Shown: one piece after another, positions 24,247-34,391 of the stretch
How the letters are laid out: the number at the start of each line of letters is the position of its first letter
Numbering within the stretch: the first letter of the stretch is position 1
Source: Azolla caroliniana
Lineage: Eukaryota; Plantae; Polypodiophyta
DNA length: 64,000 nucleotides
Direction of reading: 5' to 3'
NCBI GenBank assembly: GCA_043228905.1
Contig: JBHGNT010000011.1
Coordinates: 3,596,001-3,660,000 of the forward strand
The notes under the pieces: generated by a model
Databases searched by the model: none
What the model was told of the DNA's origin: nothing
The model's input: only the letters and a program-made list of their open reading frames with translations
Translations under genes and position numbers: made by a program

Positions 24247-25813
24247 AGAAGTCTGAGGTTACTACGTAATTAATCCTACTACAGTGTATCTGATACATTC
24301 CGACAGATAGTTGTGTAATGGTAATCACTACTCGTTTCTGTAATCTAAACAGTGTTGGGTCTATTTTGTGGCATTGTTCGCTTTCAATAATTGTTAAGTA
24401 ACCTATCTCTCCCTATTGTGTATGCATAACCCGAGGTATCCTCTTATGTAATTTGTAGGGTGTCATCCCATTTCGTAAAAGCGATCTGACCACCACATAC
24501 CACAGTCCTTTGGTATGATTCTGGTTAGGAATTGAAAGTGTCCTTTTCGGAGAGGAAGGCAACACTAGACCTCTTAGCCAAGAGGATCTACCTAGAGATT
24601 GAGACGAGCCTACGGAGAGGCAAGCACGAGGAAGGAACCGAAGCCGATGGTTCGGGACCGGTGGAGGTCGACGCAGCAGCCACCGGGGTGCGGATTACAG
24701 AAGACCGGTTGTTCACTACAGCCGAAATCTCTCACACTTCACTTTGACTTGGCACATGCTGGTGGATGTGCGGTTTGGTGGGGCAGATGTTGTGAGGATT
24801 CGTGGCCACAGTGCGAAAATCGAGGTTGTAGGGAATATCGGCGGAGTGCATCGTGTGCACTCACTCTTGTAGAAGATGTACAAAGGTAGCGGGTGCCTTT
24901 AAGGCGCCAAATAGGAGTTACGTCGGGACAGAGAATCCCATGTAATAAGGGATTTATCCCACTTTGTTACGCCACTCCCTCCTTGTGCTATAAAAGGAAG
25001 GGAGGGTCTCTTGCGTGGGGGTTGCCCATTTTGGGTTAGGAGGGTATACCGTTAGATTTAGGGCTTGGTAGTTTTCTTTATTCTTATTTTCTTAGGGTTT
25101 GATTCCTTCTTCTTGAGTGGAGGTTTAGTAGTTCGTCTTGTTCTTCATCTTGTGAGAGATCATGGGAGATTTACGGTTTCGGGTGTCTTTATGTGATCTA
25201 GATTTCATGAGCTTGAGGTTTTGGGTTTACCTTCTTCTTGGTCGAGTTAGTGTTTTTGTTTGGGGTTTCTACAACGGAGGCTCTTCGGCATTTCGGTGGT
25301 GGCACTTGGAGGCTCAACTTCCTCTCCTCGATGGAGAGCATTTCGTGTGGCGGCCGGTTCGAGAAGGGAGGGCGAAGTGGCACGGGAACACTCCACCGTC
25401 TTCGGGGCATGACCTACGGTGGACGTCGCGGTCCCAGTGGCCCACTTGACTCGCCTTCACCGGTTCCCATTCTTAACTTGTTGTATAGCCGTTTGTTTTG
25501 TCATAGCCACCGGATTTGTGGCATGTAAACGTCTTGTTGTAAACATTTTGTAATATATATCTATGTTTATATCTATCTTCCGTTATAACATATTCGAGTC
25601 GAGTCCTTAATCACAACGAACCGTTCCTTGAGCCCCACCTTCATTGGATCCAGAAGCCAATTCCGGATTTCGATCCGACCAGAAGCCGATTTCGGACCAA
25701 AAGCCTACGGGCCGGAGCTCGCAAAGCTTAAGGCCTCCGCCATCCAATTCCCTCGTCCACGACCCCCGTGGTCCCACCTAAGATCCTACACGTACCCGCG
25801 GAATACCGCGATA
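24247..25813 (+). mobile_element. 3' remnant H: internal tail plus an LTR of about 1 kb (24788-25813) related to the solo LTR at 22469
   Basis: Shared blocks (agaatcccatgtaa..gggatttatcccac..tataaaagga; gacccccgtggtccc). Purine-rich ggtggggcaga precedes TG at 24788; the end is ambiguous (gcgata rather than gcgaca). Confidence 0.7.
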
Positions 25814-26785
25814 GCGGGTCCAAAAGGTCGTTTTCCACTCGTCCCCAGGCTTGATGTGCACCAGATTGTAGGCTCCCCGCAGGTCAAATTTGGAGAAGAT
25901 ACACCTTGTTTGGAGTCGATCGAGGAGCGTTGGAATTAAGAGCAAGGGATAACGATTACGCACCGTAACTTTGTTGAGACCTCGATAATCCAGACATAGG
26001 CTTAATGAGCCATCCTTCTTCTTGACAAATAAAATTGGGGCCCCGGTCGGTGACTTCGAAGGTTGAATGAAGCCCTTCGCGAGGTTGTCAACCAGATATG
26101 TGCGAAGAGCCTCAAGTTTGGGTTTCGATAGCCCATAGATCTGCCCGAATGGTGGATGTAGGGTGATGTGCCGGTAACCGATCTACATTGTACTTCTCCA
26201 ATATATCCAAAATGTCGCTATATCGTGCAGGCAATTTGTTGACAGGAACGTAGATGTCCCGCGACAAAATGGCCAGTGTAGCAACCAAGCTAGAATCGGT
26301 CACTACCGGAATCAAGAGAATGTACTGACCCAGTCGGAATCGGCCACACCGGAAAAGTGATGGAGTGATTGCACCAATCTAGTATTGGATTGTGTGTCTC
26401 CAACCAAGATAGCCCCAAAACAATCAGATGTCGGGGGGTTGCGATGAGGTAGAAGGTTAATACCTCATGGTGGGGCCCGACTTGAAGTACCAATGGGATA
26501 GTGACTTCTGTATCCGCCCTCGAAGAGAGAACCCAACCGTCAATCACTTCAACAGATACAGGTTCTAAGGTGCGGATGGTGGCGATATTATGTGCGCGGA
26601 CAAATGATATATTGATAAAACAATTGGATGCTCTGGAGTCAAGCAAAGCATGAGAGTGTATTGATGTTGACCCAAAACAAAGACTTACTTGCAAAGAAAA
26701 CCCTCATAATAGTGGAACGGACTTGTAGCAGCATGAAGAAGGTGGGTAATAGGAGAAGTCCAATGGCATGGCTCCTACTGCAGTA
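25814..26785 (-). pseudogene. Ty3/gypsy element I (Tcn1-like chromovirus) protease and 5' RT
   Basis: [59 protein letters not shown]. Confidence 0.9.
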
Positions 26786-29700
26786 TGTTAGGAAACAAGT
26801 CCCTCCGGATGGGATGACCCGGTGAGAACCGGATGACGAGTACCCGGCTACGGAAGACCCGGTGAGAACCGGATGACGAGTACCCGACTACGGAAGACCC
26901 AGTGAGAACCGGATGACGAGTACCCGACAAGTGCCGGATGATGCAAGCCTGGTGAGGAGTGCTCACCGGATGGAGGGACATATTCGTAAATATGTTTTCT
27001 GAGAGTCCATCGGAGCTATATTTGTAAATAGCCGAAAAGTCATATTAGTATAAATATGACTTAGGGAAAACTTAGAGTGTGTTGTTGTCATTCTTGTTAG
27101 TGCAAGACGAGAGAGCGCCGTATGTACACCGTTAGCTTCATGTGCATCACCTCCCATATCGTGGTGTCGATTTTTGTTCTGAAACATAATGTCGATCTTC
27201 TCCCAGAGCTCATGAGCCTTTCTCTCTTCATTGAAGTTGTTGTATAGACTCATGTCGATGAAGCGAAGTCAGGGACACGGTCGAAGTCAAGGGGGAGGTC
27301 TACTTGCTTCTATTGCGGCTAGCCGGGACACTTCCAGAAGAACTGTCGGCATTTCTGGAAGGACAAGGAAACCGACGGTACCGATTCGAAGCGGACACTG
27401 GACCGGAACGGTAAAGACCGGAGGGGGCCGGACCGGAAGGGGACGACGGCAATCGCAGGAAGTGAAGAAGAGTTGATGCTCATTACCGAGGAGAGTGAGC
27501 TAAACCTTGCCGGCGACGAGATGACCTGGGTGGTCGACTCCGGAGCGTCGTTCCACCTTACCCTGGACCGGAAATGCTTCTCATCCTACTCAGCCAGTGA
27601 TCACGGCTGTGTCCGGATGGGGAATGAAGGTACATGCCGAATTGTCGGCATAGGAGACGTGTGGTTGACATCACCAACCGGATGAAAGTTGTTGCTGAAG
27701 GATGTTCGACACGTTCCGGAGGTTCGTCTAAACCTGATATCAGCCGGTCGGCTAGATGATGAAGGCTACACGGGTAGCATCCAGAACGGGGTTATGAAGT
27801 TCAGCAAAGGAAGCCTGATTGTGGCTCGGGACCGGAAGGTCAACACGTTGTACCTGATGAATGCCCGGTTATGCCCGGAAGAAGTGAACATGGAATCTGA
27901 CACTGCCGGTGAGCTGTGGCACAAGAGACTGTGTCACATGAGCGAGAAGGGGATGAAGAGACTTGCAGAAGACAACCTCATTCCAGTGAAGAACGTGCAC
28001 TTGGAGAAGTGCACTGATTGTCTGGCCGGTAAGCAAAACCGGACCTCCTTCCAACCAAGGCCACTGATGAGACGTAATGCACCACTGGAGTTGGTGCATA
28101 CTGATGTGTGTCAAGTGGACACGAAGTCACATGCAGGATCGCAGTACTTCGTGACGTTCATAGATGACCAAAGCCGGAAGGTATGGGCCATACCGTTGAA
28201 GACGAAGGATCAGGTGTTATCCGTCTTCAAAGAGCTCCACGCGAGAGTGGAAAGAGAAACTGGTCGGAAGCTAAAGGCAGTTTGAGCAGATAACGGAGAA
28301 GAATATCGGGGGCAGTTCGAGGAGTATTGTCGCTCGAAGGGAATCTGGCTCGAATTTACCGTGCCGAAGACGCCGGAACTAAACGGGCTGGCCGAGAGGA
28401 TGAACTGGACCATAATGGAGAGGGTCCGGAGTATGCTGGCGCATGCAAAACTACCCAAGAAGTTTTGGGTTGAGGCACTGTCGACGGTGACATATGTGAT
28501 AAACAGATCACCCTCAGTACCCTTGGATGGAGACACGCCACAGAGAGTCTGGACCGGTAAGGAAGTGTCCTACCGACATCTGAAGGTATTCGGGTGTCTT
28601 GCGTATGTGCATGTAGCTAAGGACCGGAGAGGAAAACTAGATCCGAAGACCTGGCCATGCATATTCCTCGGTTACGGCGACGATGAGTTCGGCTACCGAG
28701 TGTGGGACCTGGTCGACAAGAAGGTATTCCGGAGTCGAGATATTATCTTCATGGAGGACAAGACGCTCGCCGACTGGGAGTCGGAGAAGAAGATAATGAA
28801 CTCCGAGTCGACTGGTAAGGATCGATTCTACGATGAGCAGACCCAACCGGCAAGAGACCAGTTAGCACTCGAGGAACTAGTCGGTTATGGTGAGGATACC
28901 GAACCGGCAGAAGAAGAACTAGAGGAAGCTAAAACCGGAACCGGCCAAGACCCCGAATCGGATTCGGATGAAGAGCGAATGGCCCAAAGACGGAGATATC
29001 CTCTCAGAGAGAGAAGGGCCCCCCAGAGATTTCCGGATGCAGAGCATGTGTTGCTAACCGATGAGGGGGAGCCAGAAAGCTTCGAAGAAGCGAAGGATGA
29101 CACCCACAACCACAAATGGTTAAGTGCCATGCAGGATGAGATGGATTCCCTGCAAAAGAACCATACATACGAATTGGTGGAATTGCCGAAAGGAAAGCGG
29201 GCACTCCAAAACAAGTGGGTGTACAAGTTGAAACCGGGAGATGCCGGCAACCCCCCGAGATACAAAGCCAAGATCGTGGTGAAGGGGTTCCAACAGAAGA
29301 AGGGCGTGGACTTCGACGAGATATTTGCCCCAGTAGTAAAGATGACCTCCATCCGAACGGTGCTGAGTATAGCGGCAAGCATGGACCTCGAGGTAGGGCA
29401 ACTGGACGTGAAGACGGCATTCCTTCACAGTGACCTCGAAGAGGAGATCTACATGCAGCAACCGGAAGGATTCGTGGAGAAAGGGAAGGAGCACCTGGTT
29501 TGCCGGTTGAAGAAGAGCCTGTACGGACTGAAGCAGGCTCCCCGACAATGGTACCGGAAGTTCGACTCCTTCATGACCAATCAAGGGTACCACAAGACGC
29601 AGGCCGATCACTGCGTGTTTGTGAAGAAGTTCGGAGGCGACTTCCTGATACTCCTTCTGTACGTGGACGACATGTTGATCGTCGGACGGGACCAAGCCAA

Positions 29701-31249
29701 AATACGGATGCTGAAGAAGGCTCTCAACCGAACCTTCTCAATGAAAGACTTAGGTCCGGCAAGACAGATGTTGGGGATGCATATTATCCGGGACCAGTCA
29801 ATGAAGCAATTGTGGTTGTCACAGGAGAAGTACGTGACAAAGGTGCTTTAGCGGTTCAACATGTCAGATGCGAAACCGGTCGGATCGACACTTCCCGCAA
29901 ACTGCAGGTTATCCGGTAAGCAAAGCCCGAAGACGAAAGCAGAGAAGGCGGATATGATGAAGGTTCCATATGCCTCTGTTGTCGAGAGCTTAATGTACGC
30001 AATGGTGTGTACTCGACCAGATATTGGATACGCAGTCGGAGTAGTGAGCCGGTTCATGAGCAATCCTGGCAAGGAGCACTGGAACGCAGTCAAATGGATA
30101 CTCCCGTACTTGAAGGGCACTTCGGATATGTGTCTCCGATTCGGTTCCGGCAAACCTCAACTTGACGGTTTTACCGATTCGGACATGTCGGCTGATGTGG
30201 ATACCAACCGGTCTACATCCGGGTATGTAATGACATATGCAGGGGGAGCTGTTTCGTGGCAGTCGAAGCTGCAGAAGACAGTTGCGTTGTCAACCACGGA
30301 AGCGGAGTACATGGCGGCTGTGGAAGCCGGCAAGGAAATATTATGGATGAAGGACTTCATCGCAGAGCTCGGTATCCGTCAAGATGAATACCGGCTCTAT
30401 TGCGACAATCAAAGTGCCATCCACCTTGCTAAGAATGTGGCCTACCATTCCCGGACGAAGCATATTCAGCGAAGGTATCACTGGCTCCGGGAAAGAGTAG
30501 ATGACCAGGAGTTCGCGTTGACCAAGATCCACACGGCCAAGAACGGGTCAGATATGCTGACCAAAGTACTGATACTCGACAAGTTGGAAGCATGCCAGAA
30601 GAGGATCGGACTAGTAAGACATCCCATGCCGGAGTGAAGGGGGAGTTTGTTAGGAAACAGGTCCCTCCGGATGGGATGACCCGGTGAGAACCGGATGACG
30701 AGTACCCAACTACGGAAGACCCAGTGAGAACCGGATGACGAGTACTTGGCAAGCGCTGGATGATGCAGGCCCGGTGAGGAGTGCTCACCGGATGGAGGGA
30801 CATATTCGTAAATATGTTTTCTGAGAGTTCATGGGGCTATATTTGTAAATAGCCGAAAAGTCATATTAGTATAAATATGACTTAGGGAAAACTTAGAGTG
30901 TGTTGTTGTCATTCTTGTTAGTGCAAGACGAGAGAGCGCGTAACAGTGTACAGTGAGAGAGAGAGAGAGAGGAAGAGGTCGTTTCCTCTGTTGTAACCGC
31001 CGCCTATGACGAAGATCGTGAGCACGAGGTCGTTGCCTCCGTGAGCTCACTGTTGTAATCATTGTGATATAGTGATAGTTTGGAGGCTGTGGACTCCCGT
31101 GGTTTTTCCCTCTCAGGGTTTTCCACGTTAAACATCCTGTGTACTCTTCTCTCCTTTGTGTCGTGTGTATTTCATTTCCCGTTTTCTGTGTTTGATTCTA
31201 AGCTCAGTTGTGGCTGAGCGTTGTTCATCGGAGCGTGTAGTTCCTGTCA
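26786..31249 (+). mobile_element. Ty1/copia element C (same lineage as A) with rearranged 5' region
   Basis: TSD CAGTA/CAGTC; truncated 5' LTR 26786-27118; 3' LTR 30648-31249; PPT gaagggggagtt. Confidence 0.95.
27266..30637 (+). pseudogene. copia C zinc knuckle-PR-IN-RT-RNase H, single frame with about four premature stops
   Basis: ORFs 27473-27685, 27689-28285, 28361-29851 and 29861-30637 are all in one frame. Confidence 0.93.
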
Positions 31250-31939
31250 CAGTCGGACTTGGTCGTTTTCCTGTTGTCCAGGAACCTTCGCAAGTCGCGC
31301 ACGGTGGAATTGGTGTCGATGGCCCCGCACCGGGCAATGGTCGATTACATGTCCAGGGTTACCACAATAGAGATAGAGGCCATTGTCACGACGATGTTGG
31401 CATTGGGCATCAGTTAGTGGTTGGAACCGAGCGTGGCCGATCTCCATCAGGGTATGGGAATCGACCTCCATTGTAGGATGAATATCATTGGGTGATGGTA
31501 AGGTTGGAGTGGGGGGTGAAACTAAGACATAGGGCATGGCTATTGATCCATTTCGAGAGGAAGGCTGAAATCCGCGAGTCCCACGTTCTTCCTGATGAAT
31601 TTTGAACAGATGATTATCACATTGGACAACTTGTGAGATTACTTGAGACAACGATGTGGGCGCCGGAAAATTCAAGAGAAGAGTCTTGACATCGTTTTAG
31701 AGACCATGACGAAAATGGTCGCATAAGGCTTGGTCATCCCAACTGACATCGCAAGCAATTTGATGGAACTTTGAAGCAGACACAGAGGCTGGACGTGAGC
31801 CTCATTGGAAGGAATAGAGCTTCGTGAGTGCCGTTCGTCGCCGGTCTGTCTCGACGAATGTAGCTTCGATCTCTGCAAGGAAAGCGGTGAAGTTTTCTAA
31901 GAGAGGGAATGAGGTCTCGACCAAGGGTGCAAACCATGA
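31250..31939 (-). pseudogene. gypsy I gag (Tcn1/Sushi-like)
   Basis: SWFAPLVE, WDDQAL, PTMEVD, RRDNGLYLYCGNPGHVIDHCP; continues across the TSD of C as VRLQ-stop. Confidence 0.88.
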
Positions 31940-32297
31940 GTTATGGAATCATAAGTCAAGTTCTTGTTTCTTTTTCTCTCTCCTAGTTCTTAGTCTCATC
32001 TTGTTCCTACTCTATTATACTTATCCATGACAGTTTGTTCACCTTGATTAGAATCAAGGTGCACCTACGTATTTATACAAGAAGGTAGAGGTATGTATGC
32101 TAGCTAGGAATAGAGAATGCATGAGGATGCATGCAAGCTAGGAATTTCCAATGTTCAATCTACCATACATGAAGTTTGGATTTTATACAAGGATGCATGG
32201 ATGGATGTAGCGTAGTTGGTAGGGTTGCCCAATGGAGACCAAGAGATCTTGGGTTCAATCCCTACCTTCCACTGTGGTGTGGCATATGTCTATGACA
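31939..32297 (-). repeat. probable gypsy LTR (about 360 bp), possibly the 5' LTR of element I
   Basis: Minus strand reads TGTCATAG...tataaata...CCATAAC; abuts truncated gag; no matching TSD. Confidence 0.55.
32203..32270 (+). ncRNA. tRNA-like Pol III module (A and B boxes), not a functional tRNA
   Basis: A box tagcgtagttggtag and B box ggttcaatccc at tRNA spacing. Confidence 0.65.
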
Positions 32298-32299
32298 CA

Positions 32300-32472
32300 C
32301 AGGTAGCAATTAGAGTAGTCCTTCTATGGGGGAGTTTGGATAGTTAGGACTAAAAGTCCTACTCCACCCAATTGTATTCCTAGTGTGAACACTCTCAGAG
32401 TTAGGGATTAGTTAACCAAACTACATAAGAGAGAAGTGTATCTTGTAACAATAAGTTCATGGGAATAATATA
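32300..32472 (+). mobile_element. 3' end of copia remnant M (D-related): PPT and first part of LTR; rest of LTR at 48286-48461
   Basis: agagtagtccttctatgggggagtt parallels D agagtagtccttttatagggcagtt; the LTR is split by L with TSD ATATA. Confidence 0.7.
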
Positions 32473-34391
32473 CGTAAAAGAATATGTGTGCGGAAGCGTA
32501 TGCGAAAGACGCAAAGTACACGGTTCAGAGGTACGAAAGTTCCGTAAAACACAAGAATCACAGAGAGGGAGAGCAAAACGAGACTATATTCAAAATAATT
32601 CTCTGTGTATTCTCTGTACATACTTCGTGCTCAGTGAGCACCTTTTATACAAGCCCTGACTATTGGGCTGACATAAGTACTTACAGTACCTGACCGCTCA
32701 TAAATGAGCATCCTACACTTACCCCCAAAATTATTCCTTACAAGGAATAACATTCTAATGGCCTCTCGGTTTACATACTACTACGGCCATATTTTGCGTA
32801 CAGTTTTACACGCCCAATGTTGATATTGTCTCTCAACACTCCCCCTCAAGTTCAACTTGAGGTTCCATATGTTTTTCCGAATCTTTGCTACGGCTTCTCC
32901 TGTCTTCACGCCTAGCTCGCGCTCCTTGACCCATCCGATTCGGTGTGCCTCGACCCTTTCGATCGGCTCGTCTGCTCATGTGGCCTTTCACTGTTGCGGT
33001 GTTGGCGCCTCTTTCATTGCCCTTTTCTCCGCTTGGCTCTCAGTTGATTAGGCGTATCTGAATCGAACATTTCCGATTCATTTCCGCTTTCACCTGAATT
33101 GGATGTCTCCAATTCGTATTCTATCTTCAGGCCCTTAACTACGTCCGACCATGTCCTAGTCTCGACCTTTACACCTTTCTTGGCTTTGTTTCCCCTTTGT
33201 TCGACTTTCTTCGGCTCTTCCTTGCGATTACGGTCCATGTTTTCTTCTTCGGCTCCTTCAACCGACCCGAAATCGAATTCTTCATCCGATTTGGCATCGT
33301 GGTTACTACAGCTCCTTTCACGCTCTTGTTCTTGTTCCTGTCTCCCCCTCAAGTTCGATGTGTCGAGGTGATGCAAACCCAGCTCAACCGAGCAATGTCG
33401 TAACTTGTCGAGACCAAGGGGCTTGGTGAAAATGTTGGCAACCTGCCGACCCGTCGGAACATACGCCAGTTCGACTTCACCAGAAAGGACAAACTCGCGG
33501 ACAAAGTGGTAGTGAAGCTTAATGTGCTTGGTTCAGGTGTGGAATACAGGGTTCTTCACAAGGTGGATGTTGCTGAGGTTGTCGCAATAGATCATCGTCG
33601 GATCGGGCACCTCCACATGTAGATCCCGTAATAGTCGTTTCAGCCAAATGACTTCGCATGTACCGATAGTCTCCCCTCAATATTCGGCTTCTGTGCTCGA
33701 TAGTGCTACTGTCGGCTGTTTCTTACTGCTCCACATGATCGCCGCACTTCCCAATGGAATGTGTATCCGGATGTGGATCTACGATTGTGGGCATTTCCGG
33801 CCCAATCGCCATTCGTGTAGCCGACTAACTGTGCGGCTACGCCTGCGCGATACAACAACGCCATATCTTTCGTGCCACTGACATATCGTAATATCTGTTG
33901 CGCGCACTGAAGGTGTTCGTTCATGGGCTGCGACATAAATTGATTGATCATTCCAACCAGATAGCTGAGGTATGGCCGAGTGATCGTTAAGTAGATGAGG
34001 CTTCCGACTATCTGTCGAAACCGTGTCGGGTCACACGCCTTTCTTGAATCTCGGAGAAGCTTTACGTTTTTATCCAGAGGGGTCGAGATGGGCTTACAAT
34101 TTGCCAACCCGAACTTGAAGAGCATATTCAGTGCGTAATGATGCTGACTGAGCAATATGCCTTCAGGGGAATGAATCACTTCGATCCCGAGGAACTAATG
34201 AAGGTCTCCAAGATCCTTCATTTCGAAATATGCCGCGAGCTGAGACTTGATGCGGCCTATTTCTTCCAAGTCGGCACCAACGATGACCAAATCATCAACA
34301 TAAAGTAAAAGACAAACCGGTCCATGTCGACCTTGCCGAACAAACAACGAAGAGTTCAATTTGGACATCGTAAACCCCATTCTACGCAACC

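Noticed and set aside
24532-24747. 71-aa ORF before the H LTR as a chromodomain
   Set aside because: No aromatic-cage or other recognisable motif.
32203-32270. Functional tRNA gene
   Set aside because: A/B boxes are present, but the anticodon arm and cloverleaf are not well formed; kept only as tRNA-like.
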